DNA of 64,000 bases. It comes from Bacillales bacterium UBA743 (GTDB lineage: Bacteria; Bacillota_I; Bacilli_A; RFN20; CAG-826). Under the pieces are notes generated by a model, which saw only the letters and a list, made by a program, of their open reading frames with translations, did not search any database and was not told the origin of the DNA. The first letter of the stretch is position 1. Each line of letters opens with the position of its first letter. Location of the stretch: the NCBI GenBank assembly GCA_002297365.1, contig DBKT01000013.1, forward strand, positions 1,601 through 65,600, read 5' to 3'. A program made the position numbers and the translations under genes. Shown piece after piece: positions 30,249 to 39,713 of the stretch.

Positions 30249-31733
30249 TTATTTTTCATCCTTCATGGTTGGGAAGAGAAGAACTTCACGGATGGTTGGT
30301 TGTTCAGTAAGCAACATACAAAGACGATCGATACCAACGCCAATGCCACCCGCTGGTTGCATGCCATATTCCATGGCTTCAAGGAAACTATAGTCAATGA
30401 CGTTTGCTTCATCGTCTCCTCTATCTCTTGCAGCCATCTGAGCTTCAAAACGCTCTTTTTGGTCAAATGGGTTGTTAAGTTCGGAATAAGCGTTTCCGAA
30501 TTCGAAACCGCCAATGAAAAGCTCGAAACGATCAACGAAACGAGGGTCGCTTGTTTTCTTGGTTAATGGAGAGACTTCAATCGGATAGGTCGTGATGAAA
30601 GTTGGCTGAATTAAAGTTGGTTCAACAAATTCATCAAAGAAGGCTTGCATGATATATCCGGTGGAATTCCAGGCTTTTTCAAGCGGGACTTTATGTTCTT
30701 TAGCAAGCTCTACCGCTTTTTCGAATGGAATGTCGTCTGTGAAATCAATGCCTGTCTTCTCTTTGATGGCTTCTGCCATAGTAATGACTTTAAACGGCTT
30801 AGCAAGATTGATCTTGTTGCCATTCCAGTCGTATTCCTCTTTGCCTACGACTTTATCAGCAACATAATGCATCATGCCTTCAACCCATGCCATCATGTCT
30901 CTTAAATCGCCATAGGCTTGATAAAGCTCAATGGTCGTGAATTCTGGGTTATGGCGATTGTCCATTCCTTCATTACGGAAGATACGGCCAATTTCATAAA
31001 CGCGGTCAATTCCGCCGATCATACATTTCTTAAGATTTAATTCCGTAGCAATACGTAAATAGAAATCCTTATCTAACGCATTATGATGGGTGATAAATGG
31101 ACGAGCATTTGCTCCGCCTGCAATCGGGGAAAGAACGGGAGTTTCCACCTCAGTGAAACCAAGGGAATCGCAATAATCGCGGATGCCTTTGACAATGGCT
31201 GGACGAAGAATAGCGGTTCTTCTGCTTGTCTCATTCATGATTAAATCAAGATAACGACGACGGCAACGATCTTCCAAATCGGTTAAGCCGTGGTATTTCT
31301 CAGCAAGTGGCTTTAGGCATTTAGAAAGGTGGGTGAATTTGCTGCAACGGATCGTCAATTCACCCGTGCGGGATTTCATCAACGTTCCTTGCACGCCACA
31401 AATATCGCCAACATCTTCCAATTTGAAAATCTTGTAGTTATCTTCTCCGACGACGTTCTTGCCAATCCAGACTTGAATGGTGCCGAATTCATCTTTCACG
31501 TTAAAGAATGCAGCCTTCCCCATATCACGGATAGCCATGATACGTCCGGCAATATCAACGTGGACTTCTTTGGTGGAAAGTTCTTCCGCATCCACTTCTC
31601 CATATTCTTTACGGATATCACGGATTTGATTTTTCCAATCATATTTTTGACCGAATGGGTCAACACCTAGTTCTTTATACTTTGGAAGCTTGGCGCGTCT
31701 GGCTAATTCTTGGTCTGTTAATTTCTCTTCCAT
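30249..31733 (-). CDS. lysS: Lysine--tRNA ligase (class II)
   Basis: A class II aaRS with motifs 2 and 3 (FRNEGMDNRHNPEFTTIELYQAY; GGIGVGIDRL) and an N-terminal OB anticodon-binding domain. Confidence 0.9.
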   Translation of the reverse strand: MEEKLTDQELARRAKLPKYKELGVDPFGQKYDWKNQIRDIRKEYGEVDAEELSTKEVHVDIAGRIMAIRDMGKAAFFNVKDEFGTIQVWIGKNVVGEDNYKIFKLEDVGDICGVQGTLMKSRTGELTIRCSKFTHLSKCLKPLAEKYHGLTDLEDRCRRRYLDLIMNETSRRTAILRPAIVKGIRDYCDSLGFTEVETPVLSPIAGGANARPFITHHNALDKDFYLRIATELNLKKCMIGGIDRVYEIGRIFRNEGMDNRHNPEFTTIELYQAYGDLRDMMAWVEGMMHYVADKVVGKEEYDWNGNKINLAKPFKVITMAEAIKEKTGIDFTDDIPFEKAVELAKEHKVPLEKAWNSTGYIMQAFFDEFVEPTLIQPTFITTYPIEVSPLTKKTSDPRFVDRFELFIGGFEFGNAYSELNNPFDQKERFEAQMAARDRGDDEANVIDYSFLEAMEYGMQPAGGIGVGIDRLCMLLTEQPTIREVLLFPTMKDEK

Positions 31734-32547
31734 ATTATCGTTTCCTTCCACTAATAAAACATGGATAGTTTAACGCGAATAAAGCGTTATTGCACCTTTT
31801 ATAGAAGAGAGAATGTTACCTAATATAAAAGGATAATCGTATGTAGACGGATAAAAGCCGCACGAAACAAAAGTCAAACAGTTCATGCGATCCTTTGTGT
31901 TTCAAAACCTTTGATTCTGAATTATGAAGTCTATCTCCAAATCACCAAATTCGTTTTAAATACGTTTCTCTTTCGTATAAATGTTTCATGAATCAAATTC
32001 CTATCTGAAAGCAACCGTGAAAATCCATAGTTAATAGATATTTTTTAAGTTTTCTTGTTTTTTCTCTATTAACTTACACTTTTAGGAAACATTCTCTTCA
32101 CCATCTAGAGATAAGATAAACTTGACCGTATGATGTGTGATAAACCTTTTACGCCGTTGAAAATCAACGATTCGATTGATGAAGTTTACGAGTAATAAGC
32201 GCTTTGCATTTTATTCCCGTTAAAGAACTTAATGAGATAATTTTCTTCGCCTTTCAATCATCATTAAGTAAAACATTGCATATAGGCCTCTTCTCAACAT
32301 AGAAATGGCTTTTAAACCATCATTAAATCTAAATGTTCTGCCGTTTGACACTCTCCAAGACGCATCAAATCGGCATGTAAAAAAAGAAATACCCTACTAA
32401 TTTAAAGTTAAAGTGGATTTAGAAAAGTTTCAAAACGTCGGATTTAAATCCTTCATTTCGTCGGTTTGTTTTGTTTCAAAACGTCGGTTTCATTGTTTAC
32501 TTCTTTGGTTTTTGCTGATTAAATAGAATCAAGCGAAGGAGCGAAGC

Positions 32548-33837
32548 ATGCCTTTTGAATACAGAAAACGTTTAGCAGAGAACATATTGAATGAAAAATT
32601 AAATTCTTCCGGATGTGTTTTAGTCACCGGTCCGAAATTCTGTGGAAAGACTACACTTTGTCAAAGATTTGCCAAATCAAGCATTTCTTTAAAAAACGGA
32701 AATACGATTGCTTTAGCAAATTCCGATCCAAAAGGAATTTTACAAGGAGAATATCCTCGTCTTATCGACGAATGGCAGAAAGCCCCGGAACTATGGAATG
32801 AAATAAAAGCCGACTTAGATGAAGAGTATCAGTTTGGCAAATACATCATTACCGGAAGCACTACTCCCATTGATCCGTCTAAAATTCAACACTCTGGGGC
32901 TGGACGCATTTCTACAATGAACTTGAAGCCGTTCTCTCTTTATGAATCTGGAGAATCGTCCGGATTGATCTCTTTATCTGAATTGTTTCAAGCAAAAGAT
33001 GCAAGGGAAGACCTTAACTACGTATTAGACAACTCAATTGGCTTAAAAGATATCGCTTATATGCTTTGTAGAGGAGGCTGGCCAATCTCTCTTATGGCAA
33101 AGAGGGAATATGCCATAGCCACCACGGAAAACTACTATGAAGGACTTTTTAGAATAGAAAAAGAAAGTGATGATTTTGCTCTTTTTCTTAAGAACAAGGA
33201 CGTTTCGCTTCTTGTTCTCATTTTGAAGTCTTTTGCAAGAAACGTCTCCACTCAAGCAAAAAGATCCAGCATGAGAAAAGATATATTAGAGTCCAGCATC
33301 CGCGAAACGTTGGATGACGAGACCTTCTCTTCCTATGAAAGGACTCTAAAAGATTTGTTCATTATCTATGATATGCCGGCTTGGGATTTGAATCTTAGAT
33401 CGACCATCGCCATAAGAAGCACACCAACACATCACTTTGTCGACACTTCGATGGCTACATGTGCTTTAGGGATTGAGCCGTCTGATTTAATCAATGATCT
33501 CCACTCCTTTGGCTTTTTCTTTGAAGATTTGGCAGTCAGGGATCTTTCTATATATGCGGATTCTCTTCAAGCAAAATTAAAACATTATCGCGATAGCGCA
33601 GGTCGAGAAGTAGACGCCATTGTAGAACTAAGAAACGGGAACTATGCCGCGATTGAAATCAAAATCTATAGCGATAAAAACATAAAAGACGCATTCGCTT
33701 CTTTAAATAAATTTGAGAAAGCCTTAAAACAAGATGGGTTAAAGCTCCCTCAATTCAAGATGGTTCTCACTAGCCATGGCCCTTGTTACCGTAAAGATGG
33801 AATATATGTCGTACCGATCACAATGCTAAAAGATTAG
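32548..33837 (+). CDS. AAA_14/DUF4143-type ATP-binding protein
   Basis: A Walker A (GPKFCGKTT) is near the N-terminus in an approximately 430-aa protein. This is the architecture typical of the PF13173/PF13635 ATPase family. Confidence 0.7.
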   Translation: MPFEYRKRLAENILNEKLNSSGCVLVTGPKFCGKTTLCQRFAKSSISLKNGNTIALANSDPKGILQGEYPRLIDEWQKAPELWNEIKADLDEEYQFGKYIITGSTTPIDPSKIQHSGAGRISTMNLKPFSLYESGESSGLISLSELFQAKDAREDLNYVLDNSIGLKDIAYMLCRGGWPISLMAKREYAIATTENYYEGLFRIEKESDDFALFLKNKDVSLLVLILKSFARNVSTQAKRSSMRKDILESSIRETLDDETFSSYERTLKDLFIIYDMPAWDLNLRSTIAIRSTPTHHFVDTSMATCALGIEPSDLINDLHSFGFFFEDLAVRDLSIYADSLQAKLKHYRDSAGREVDAIVELRNGNYAAIEIKIYSDKNIKDAFASLNKFEKALKQDGLKLPQFKMVLTSHGPCYRKDGIYVVPITMLKD

Positions 33838-33851
33838 TAACGTTTCACCAT

Positions 33852-35135
33852 CTATAAACAAAACAACGCATAAAGTGGAATAGACTTAATGCCATTTTCG
33901 TAACCAAAATTTTTAGAAGACAACCGAATAGAATATTTTGGTGAGTATTTTTCAACGTAAACTCTTAAACTTTTAGCGCGAACATTGTCCGCAGATTTAA
34001 CTTCAAGAGGAATGGCAGAGTCATCTTTTCTTAGAACAAAATCCACCTCTGCCTTGCCATTAGATTCCCGATAGTTTAAGCGATAGCCACATGATACAAG
34101 TTGTTCTGCAACATAGTTTCCTGCCAAAAGGCCTCTTGCCTTATCGGATATTGCACTTTCGACAAGAATATCTTGAGGCATAATTCCAGATTTGAAGCAA
34201 AGAAGTCCAACGTCAGAATAATAAATCTTGAATGCATCTAGCTGTTCATACAAAGAAAGCGGCAATTTCCCTTCACTCACTTTAACGTTTTCCAAGACCG
34301 CATTTGCGGCCTTAAGCCATTGAAGGGACAGTTCATAGTCTTTCGCACGAGCGTTGCTTTTAATTGAGGCGTAAATGAACTTCGTGTTCTCTTTTGCCAA
34401 TTGAGATGAAAGAGTATTGAAAATGGCTATGCTTTTGATGGTTTCATTTGGCGAAGCATACTTGGCCATATCAGCAATATAAGAATCGGAAATATTGGCC
34501 TGCATCGAACGTACGGAATCAAAATCATTTGTGTCAAGAAAGTTTTCAATGACCGCTGGATAACCACCAATAACCAAATATTTTCCATAAAGATCCAATG
34601 CGAGTTGATGATAAACCTCGGGGAGAGGAGAAAAAGCAGCGTAGGATTCGCGTATTTTTTCTATTAATGCATCATTATTGTTCGCCAATAAGAACTCTTC
34701 AAAAGAAAGAGGAAACATCGTTAACATATTTACCTTTCCGACAGGGAAAGAGAAGTTTCCTCTGTCAATACTGAGACCTAAAAGGTTCCCAGCAGCGACG
34801 ATATGATATTCATTCGCTTCTTCGGCAAAATATTTCAAAGATGTCAAAGCTCTTTCGGATGCTTGTATCTCGTCAAAAATAATCAAAGTCTTGCCCGGCA
34901 ATATCGTTTGTTTTGTATAGGCTGAAATCTCTTGGATGATACGCCTAGGATTTAAATCGGGAGAAAAGATTTTAGTAAGTGTTCCTGCGTCCCCTTCAAA
35001 ATGTAAATAAACAACGTTTTCATAATACGTCTTGCCAAAATCTAATAACGTATATGTTTTACCGACTTGCCTTGCGCCCTTTAATAAAAGCGGTTTACGC
35101 TGTTGCGATTTTTTCCATTCTAGAAGCGAATTCAT
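33852..35135 (-). CDS. AAA_14/DUF4143-type ATP-binding protein. It is a paralog of the previous gene.
   Basis: Walker A (GARQVGKTY), Walker B (IFDEIQ) and the same length class. Confidence 0.7.
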   Translation of the reverse strand: MNSLLEWKKSQQRKPLLLKGARQVGKTYTLLDFGKTYYENVVYLHFEGDAGTLTKIFSPDLNPRRIIQEISAYTKQTILPGKTLIIFDEIQASERALTSLKYFAEEANEYHIVAAGNLLGLSIDRGNFSFPVGKVNMLTMFPLSFEEFLLANNNDALIEKIRESYAAFSPLPEVYHQLALDLYGKYLVIGGYPAVIENFLDTNDFDSVRSMQANISDSYIADMAKYASPNETIKSIAIFNTLSSQLAKENTKFIYASIKSNARAKDYELSLQWLKAANAVLENVKVSEGKLPLSLYEQLDAFKIYYSDVGLLCFKSGIMPQDILVESAISDKARGLLAGNYVAEQLVSCGYRLNYRESNGKAEVDFVLRKDDSAIPLEVKSADNVRAKSLRVYVEKYSPKYSIRLSSKNFGYENGIKSIPLYALFCL

Positions 35136-35151
35136 TATTAAACGTCTTATT

Positions 35152-35700
35152 GGACTGCTAATCTTTAAGTAGACAGTGCATTACAATTTTGCATGCAGAT
35201 TGCAATGCTCTGTAGACAAGGAGGTTACAAAAATGAAACTAACGAAAGAAGAAAGGCTCCCGGTCGGCAAGATGCTGCACGAAGGGAGCCTTTCCTACAA
35301 GGACTGCATGGAAAAATACGGCGTTTCCAGATCCGCATGCTCCAACTGGGTGAGGGAATACAGGCAAATCAACGGAATCCCCCCAAAAGCCCCCATGGGG
35401 GCTCGCGCCGGCATGGGCCAAAGCGATTACGGATCGATGACAAAGAGCCAGCTCCTCGTTGAGCTGATGCGCAAGGACATCGAGGTCGCGAGACTAAAAA
35501 AAGGTATGCGGTGAAAGGGGGTGGTCGAAAAAAGGAATTCGTTTCTATAAGCGGCTCGAGTACCAAGTGATAATGGAGCTTTCCGGAAAATGGCCGGTCG
35601 TAGCCCTCTGCAGGGTGGACATAGCAAAAGTATACAAATCAATCAAACATTTCTTATCCGCCATGGTCATCTTATAAATCGGCATTGAAACTCCGCGGTC
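35152..35700 (+). mobile_element. Truncated IS3-family element, comprising the left inverted repeat, orfA and only about 50 codons of orfB
   Basis: The IRL reads TGGACTGCTAATCTTTAAGTAGAC. OrfA is a HTH protein (MKLTKEERLP…) with a GGAGG RBS. A frame-shifted orfB start (…WPVVALCRV…) stops after about 55 codons. The segment is GC-rich relative to its surroundings. Confidence 0.7.
35233..35514 (+). CDS. IS3-family transposase OrfA (HTH)
   Basis: See the mobile-element entry above. Confidence 0.65.
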   Translation: MKLTKEERLPVGKMLHEGSLSYKDCMEKYGVSRSACSNWVREYRQINGIPPKAPMGARAGMGQSDYGSMTKSQLLVELMRKDIEVARLKKGMR

Positions 35701-35916
35701 TAAGTAATATCCACCACCTTTGCCGTGTTTCGTTTCAATGTTAAAAGAATAACGTTCGTCTGTTGAAACTTTATCCAATTCCCTTTTATATTCAAGAATA
35801 TTCCTTTCTTTAGTGCCCAATTCTTCAGCTAACTCTTTTATGGAATGAACCCTTCCGTCATTCAAACACCGTAGCATTTCAATGCATTTTGCTGCTTTTC
35901 CTTTTTCTTTTTCCAT
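35545..35916 (-). pseudogene. HTH-WYL-type regulator truncated by the IS3 insertion. Only the N-terminal HTH survives.
   Basis: The N-terminus MEKEKGKAAKCIEMLRCLNDG…ELAEELGTKERNILEYKREL is homologous to the two full-length WYL regulators in this island. The C-terminal approximately 20 residues are read from the IS remnant on the opposite strand. Confidence 0.5.
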
Positions 35917-35968
35917 AATAACACACTCCAAAATATACAAAATCAATAGGCTTTGGGTTAACTTGCTG

Positions 35969-36676
35969 TTAAATTTTCCTTAATCCTTTTTTCCAAAAAA
36001 AGCACGAGGATGGATGGGCGCTTGCAACAAGTCGAAGCCCCCTTCTAATCAAACACTCCGTAACCTTTCCGTTCAGATCATTTGGATTTTTCACATTTTG
36101 AAAACCGCCAGTGCACGAATTTATAATTAGTGAAGGCTTATATTTTACAATACGTTTCAAAAATTCCTTTTTCCCACCGCAAGCCCACACATCCGAAAAA
36201 ACTATATCTCTCGCTTTTTTATTGCCATTCAGCTTCAAATTGCTTGCATTGCTACATTGATACGATACGGCATTAACAAGAAGCAATCGATAAATTCCGT
36301 CTCTCAAATGAATTATTTTACTCGCGATAGCCATATTAAGAACGGGCAATAAGTATTGCTCCAAGTTTCTTCCTGTAGTGGACAAGGCTGGCCCAAGAGG
36401 GGTTGATCCATGATATTCATATTTATGAGGCGATTCCAAAACGATGCAAATCACAGGGCACATCATTCTCTTAAATGTGTCAGTTATTTCTTTTGGCCTT
36501 TTCTTTCCACCAAAATAAATGCACTCGTTTTTGCCAAAAACACAGATACCATTTCTTATCCGAATAATTGCAACGTATTCATCATTAACGGGTCTTGGAG
36601 GAAGACCAGTTCTCATGGTTTTGCAGTTTCCATAATTCCTTATACAGCTTTTTTGAAAGACTAGGCCGAGGTACAT
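35969..36676 (-). CDS. Hypothetical Cys-rich protein (235 aa)
   Basis: It has a GGAG RBS. It contains several Cys and His residues and has no assignable family. Confidence 0.4.
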   Translation of the reverse strand: MYLGLVFQKSCIRNYGNCKTMRTGLPPRPVNDEYVAIIRIRNGICVFGKNECIYFGGKKRPKEITDTFKRMMCPVICIVLESPHKYEYHGSTPLGPALSTTGRNLEQYLLPVLNMAIASKIIHLRDGIYRLLLVNAVSYQCSNASNLKLNGNKKARDIVFSDVWACGGKKEFLKRIVKYKPSLIINSCTGGFQNVKNPNDLNGKVTECLIRRGLRLVASAHPSSCFFWKKGLRKI

Positions 36677-37398
36677 ATACTTTCTCCTTTTTTATTATTT
36701 TCTCACAAGAATCGTTTTGTTTAAAAGCCAGTAAGAAACAGGATTATTTATTTTGATTTGTTAGTTATCAATTGATATGAAGCATTTGAGAAGCCCGGGG
36801 CATCCAATCTCGAACTTATTTTGTATCGGCCTTCTCATCCCTTCAACTTGATTCGGGGACTGAGGATCAACGTAATTCTCAGTGCATCATAATGTTCTTT
36901 GTTTCATCTCACGTCGCAGAGTAAGAGTCGAAATGAGCAAAAACTCAGCCTCCTTTAGATTTTTTCCTGATTGACCCTGTGCAATCTCTCGGTCTTCCGC
37001 TGTATGCGGAGTGATAAAAGCAACTTATTTTCACTTTTTGACAATGTGGTTTTTACAAATTTTGCATCGACCCTTGAAGAATTTCTCCTCTTCTTTCATT
37101 TTGTATGATGGGATTATCATTTTGAATATTTGCAAGTAGTACAGCAAGCGGTCAAACATCACGATCATAATGATGGAATTTAAAAGGGTGGCTACATACC
37201 TTTCATTTCTAAGATTTTTTGTAAAAATGGCTTATGCTAAATGCATGCTATTTTAAAATCTAAAAATCCTTCTTTTGTAGTTTAAAGGCTGTAGTCCTTA
37301 CCCCTTATGCGGTGGTTAGCCGCAAAGATGAAATTGCTCTAAACAATCCGTATTTTTGTAATACTTCTAAAAAATTCAAAGCGACACAGTCAATGTCA

Positions 37399-38379
37399 TT
37401 AGTTCCCTTTTCTTATTCCTTTTTCTATTTGATGCGAGTTTCCGAGAATTTCTAATGCGTTTTCTTTAATTGCTTCCTTCAGCCAATAAGGTTCAAGTAC
37501 TTTGCAATCTCTTCCAAAGCCAAGAATAAAAGAAACGATATTTTCTCTAAAATGCATGGTCACTTCAAATACTGTGCTTCCATCTGGCAAATCTTCAACA
37601 ATTTGTTCCTTCCCATAGCAATAGTCCTTAGCGCGAACAGCGGAACGACCATAAAGCTGAAATTTGATTCTATACCATTCATCAGTTTTAATTTTAGTCA
37701 AACCGTATTTATTAAAGAAATCTCTAGGGTTAAAGAACGTATCGTAAACAAACTTTCTACCCGTTGAGGCATAATTTGAAATTCTACACAATTTAAAATA
37801 GCGATAATCTTTTGCAAGCTCGCAATAACCAATTAAATACCAAGATCCGCCCCAGGAAAAAAGATACATGGGTTGAACGTTTCTTTCTCTTATGACATTA
37901 TCATTGGATAGAAAAGACATTCTGATTACCTCACGTTTTGAAATCGCTTCTTGAAAAAACAAATAACGTTTATTGATTTCTTCCTTGGATAAAGCTGAAG
38001 GAAAATGGTCAATAAAAACGAATTCTTCTGAATCGTTTGAATGAATTATCGAGGATAATATTTTTCCCATCGCAAGTTCATATTCTTTTTGATGTGGGAA
38101 TATATTCTGGGGGCGATTCATCTGATAGGCTTCCATTAAAGCATCTTTTTCCTTTTCCGTTAGAAGAATGCTTGGAAAAATGCTGGTATTTTCTAATTTA
38201 TATCCGCCATATCTACCCGGAATGGAGACAATGCTATATCCTGAATCTTCGATTTCCTTTTTGTATTCCAAAATATTTCTAGGATTTGTCTCGAGAAGAT
38301 TCGCTAATTCTGAAATTTTATAGATGTTTCCTGTATTTAATATTTGAAGCATTTTGATGCAAGACGAAGTTTTACTCAT
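37399..38379 (-). CDS. HTH-WYL domain transcriptional regulator (YafY/BrxR-like)
   Basis: An N-terminal HTH_11-like segment (CIKMLQILNTG…ISELANLLETNPRNILEYKKEIE) and a C-terminal WYL-type region (…FSWGGSWYLIGYCE…). Confidence 0.7.
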   Translation of the reverse strand: MSKTSSCIKMLQILNTGNIYKISELANLLETNPRNILEYKKEIEDSGYSIVSIPGRYGGYKLENTSIFPSILLTEKEKDALMEAYQMNRPQNIFPHQKEYELAMGKILSSIIHSNDSEEFVFIDHFPSALSKEEINKRYLFFQEAISKREVIRMSFLSNDNVIRERNVQPMYLFSWGGSWYLIGYCELAKDYRYFKLCRISNYASTGRKFVYDTFFNPRDFFNKYGLTKIKTDEWYRIKFQLYGRSAVRAKDYCYGKEQIVEDLPDGSTVFEVTMHFRENIVSFILGFGRDCKVLEPYWLKEAIKENALEILGNSHQIEKGIRKGN

Positions 38380-38390
38380 ATCCGTTTTCT

Positions 38391-38891
38391 CTATAGTTTT
38401 TCATTCCATCGTGCCTGTCCATTGGATTGATAAAACGTTATAAATAAATGTTCTATAGTTTCTTTATAATACCATGGCGTTACTTCAATTACCTTGTAAT
38501 AGATCTTTTTCTTGTTTTGTCGCTTTCCCAAATAATCATAAACATTCTTTATTTGCGAATTGGTGCTTGAGGGTTTCCCATATTTCTCCCCCTCAAAATT
38601 GTCGTTTTTGACTAAGTGCTGCGTTAATCTTAAATGGACATTATTAGCCGTACCAACATATAAAACGTTATTTTGTTCGTCTCCTATAAGATAAAGATAA
38701 GCGGTTGTGAGGTTTCCGGCATCTTCGTCTTTTTCAAAAGACAAAATTTCATCAAGGCAGTCCAAGGAATAGATGCCCGTTTTAGGATCAAAGGATGGAT
38801 TACCATATCTAAGTTCTATCCAAGGGGCCTTTCTAATTTTATTCTCATAATGTAGTCTTAGCAAAAATGAGATTAATTTCATGATTGTCAT
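38391..38891 (-). CDS. GIY-YIG nuclease-domain protein
   Basis: It has the canonical motif YLYLIGDEQNNVLYVGTANNVHLRLTQH. It lies immediately upstream of the WYL regulator, within 12 bp of it. The start codon is uncertain (alternatives at 38924 TTG and 38882). Confidence 0.65.
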   Translation of the reverse strand: MTIMKLISFLLRLHYENKIRKAPWIELRYGNPSFDPKTGIYSLDCLDEILSFEKDEDAGNLTTAYLYLIGDEQNNVLYVGTANNVHLRLTQHLVKNDNFEGEKYGKPSSTNSQIKNVYDYLGKRQNKKKIYYKVIEVTPWYYKETIEHLFITFYQSNGQARWNEKL

Positions 38892-39024
38892 CTTTTTTGA
38901 ATAATTATTATTGCAATATAGCAATCAAAGACAATAATACGCATATTAAGAAACGGGTGAAAGCGTTGAGTAAGATTTTTCTTATTTTCCATTATTTCAG
39001 CAAAACTACATTGCTTTTAATGAA

Positions 39025-39225
39025 CTAGCTCAATAAGGTAAGGCATCCGAAAACAATCAATGTAGTTCCAAGCATAAAACTAAGCGCCATGAAGATGGCC
39101 CAACGAATAGAAGCGGCCTTCGAAAAATTCCATCCCTTTGGATTTCTAGCGATTCTAATAATTCCAAGGCTCAATGCCGCTACACAGCCGACAGTTCCAA
39201 TGATAATTTCAATAATTCCTAACAT
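39025..39225 (-). CDS. Small 2-TM membrane protein (66 aa). It is a divergent paralog of the two upstream small proteins.
   Basis: TM-(IRIARNPKGWNF)-TM topology. Confidence 0.45.
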   Translation of the reverse strand: MLGIIEIIIGTVGCVAALSLGIIRIARNPKGWNFSKAASIRWAIFMALSFMLGTTLIVFGCLTLLS

Positions 39226-39246
39226 ATTTATATCCTTTCTTTTTCT

Positions 39247-39423
39247 TCAGAATGCTGCAGCAATCAGTATGACCCCACCGACAAATCCAATGATGGAACA
39301 AACAGCAAACATGATTCCGTAGAAACCTCTGAGGTTGTCTGGGGTTCTAATAATGCAAACGACAGTTGCTGCAACTGCAAGCACGCAAAGAACAATACCG
39401 ATAATTAACATAATTAAGTTCAT
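39247..39423 (-). CDS. Small 2-TM membrane protein (58 aa)
   Basis: MNLIMLIIGIVLCVLAVAATVVCIIRTPDNLRGFYGIMFAVCSIIGFVGGVILIAAAF. It shares the loop TPDNLRGFYGIMF with the next ORF. Confidence 0.55.
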   Translation of the reverse strand: MNLIMLIIGIVLCVLAVAATVVCIIRTPDNLRGFYGIMFAVCSIIGFVGGVILIAAAF

Positions 39424-39525
39424 AAATTTTCTCCTTTTTAGCTTTTATAAGCCTTTTGAATATTTGGCAAATGTTATTTGAGAAGGCAACATTTTCGCCA
39501 GTATTTGTTGTCCTTTCGATTTCCT

Positions 39526-39702
39526 CTAAAGCGAGAAGACAATCAAAGCGACCCCTGCGGCAAGTCCTACTACTGCACAAATTCCAAACATGATTCCATA
39601 GAAACCTCTGAGGTTGTCTGGCGTCTTGATGACACAGCCAATTGGCAACCCAATGGCAAATAAGCAAAGAATAATTCCAACGACTAATGTGACTAAATTC
39701 AT
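39526..39702 (-). CDS. Small 2-TM membrane protein (58 aa)
   Basis: MNLVTLVVGIILCLFAIGLPIGCVIKTPDNLRGFYGIMFGICAVVGLAAGVALIVFSL. It starts 12 bp after the FtsH-like gene. Confidence 0.55.
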   Translation of the reverse strand: MNLVTLVVGIILCLFAIGLPIGCVIKTPDNLRGFYGIMFGICAVVGLAAGVALIVFSL

Positions 39703-39713
39703 AATTTTCTCCT

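Noticed and set aside
31752-32100. A possible T-box or lysine-responsive leader upstream of lysS
   Set aside because: The T-box consensus (AATTAGGGTGGTACC, or its complement) is not recognisable in the 800-bp tract. It is more likely an island boundary or promoter region.
35193-35642. Several 60-90-aa ORFs on both strands over the IS3 remnant
   Set aside because: They are alternative-frame or antisense readings of the GC-rich transposase region. Only orfA has an RBS and a recognisable transposase HTH.
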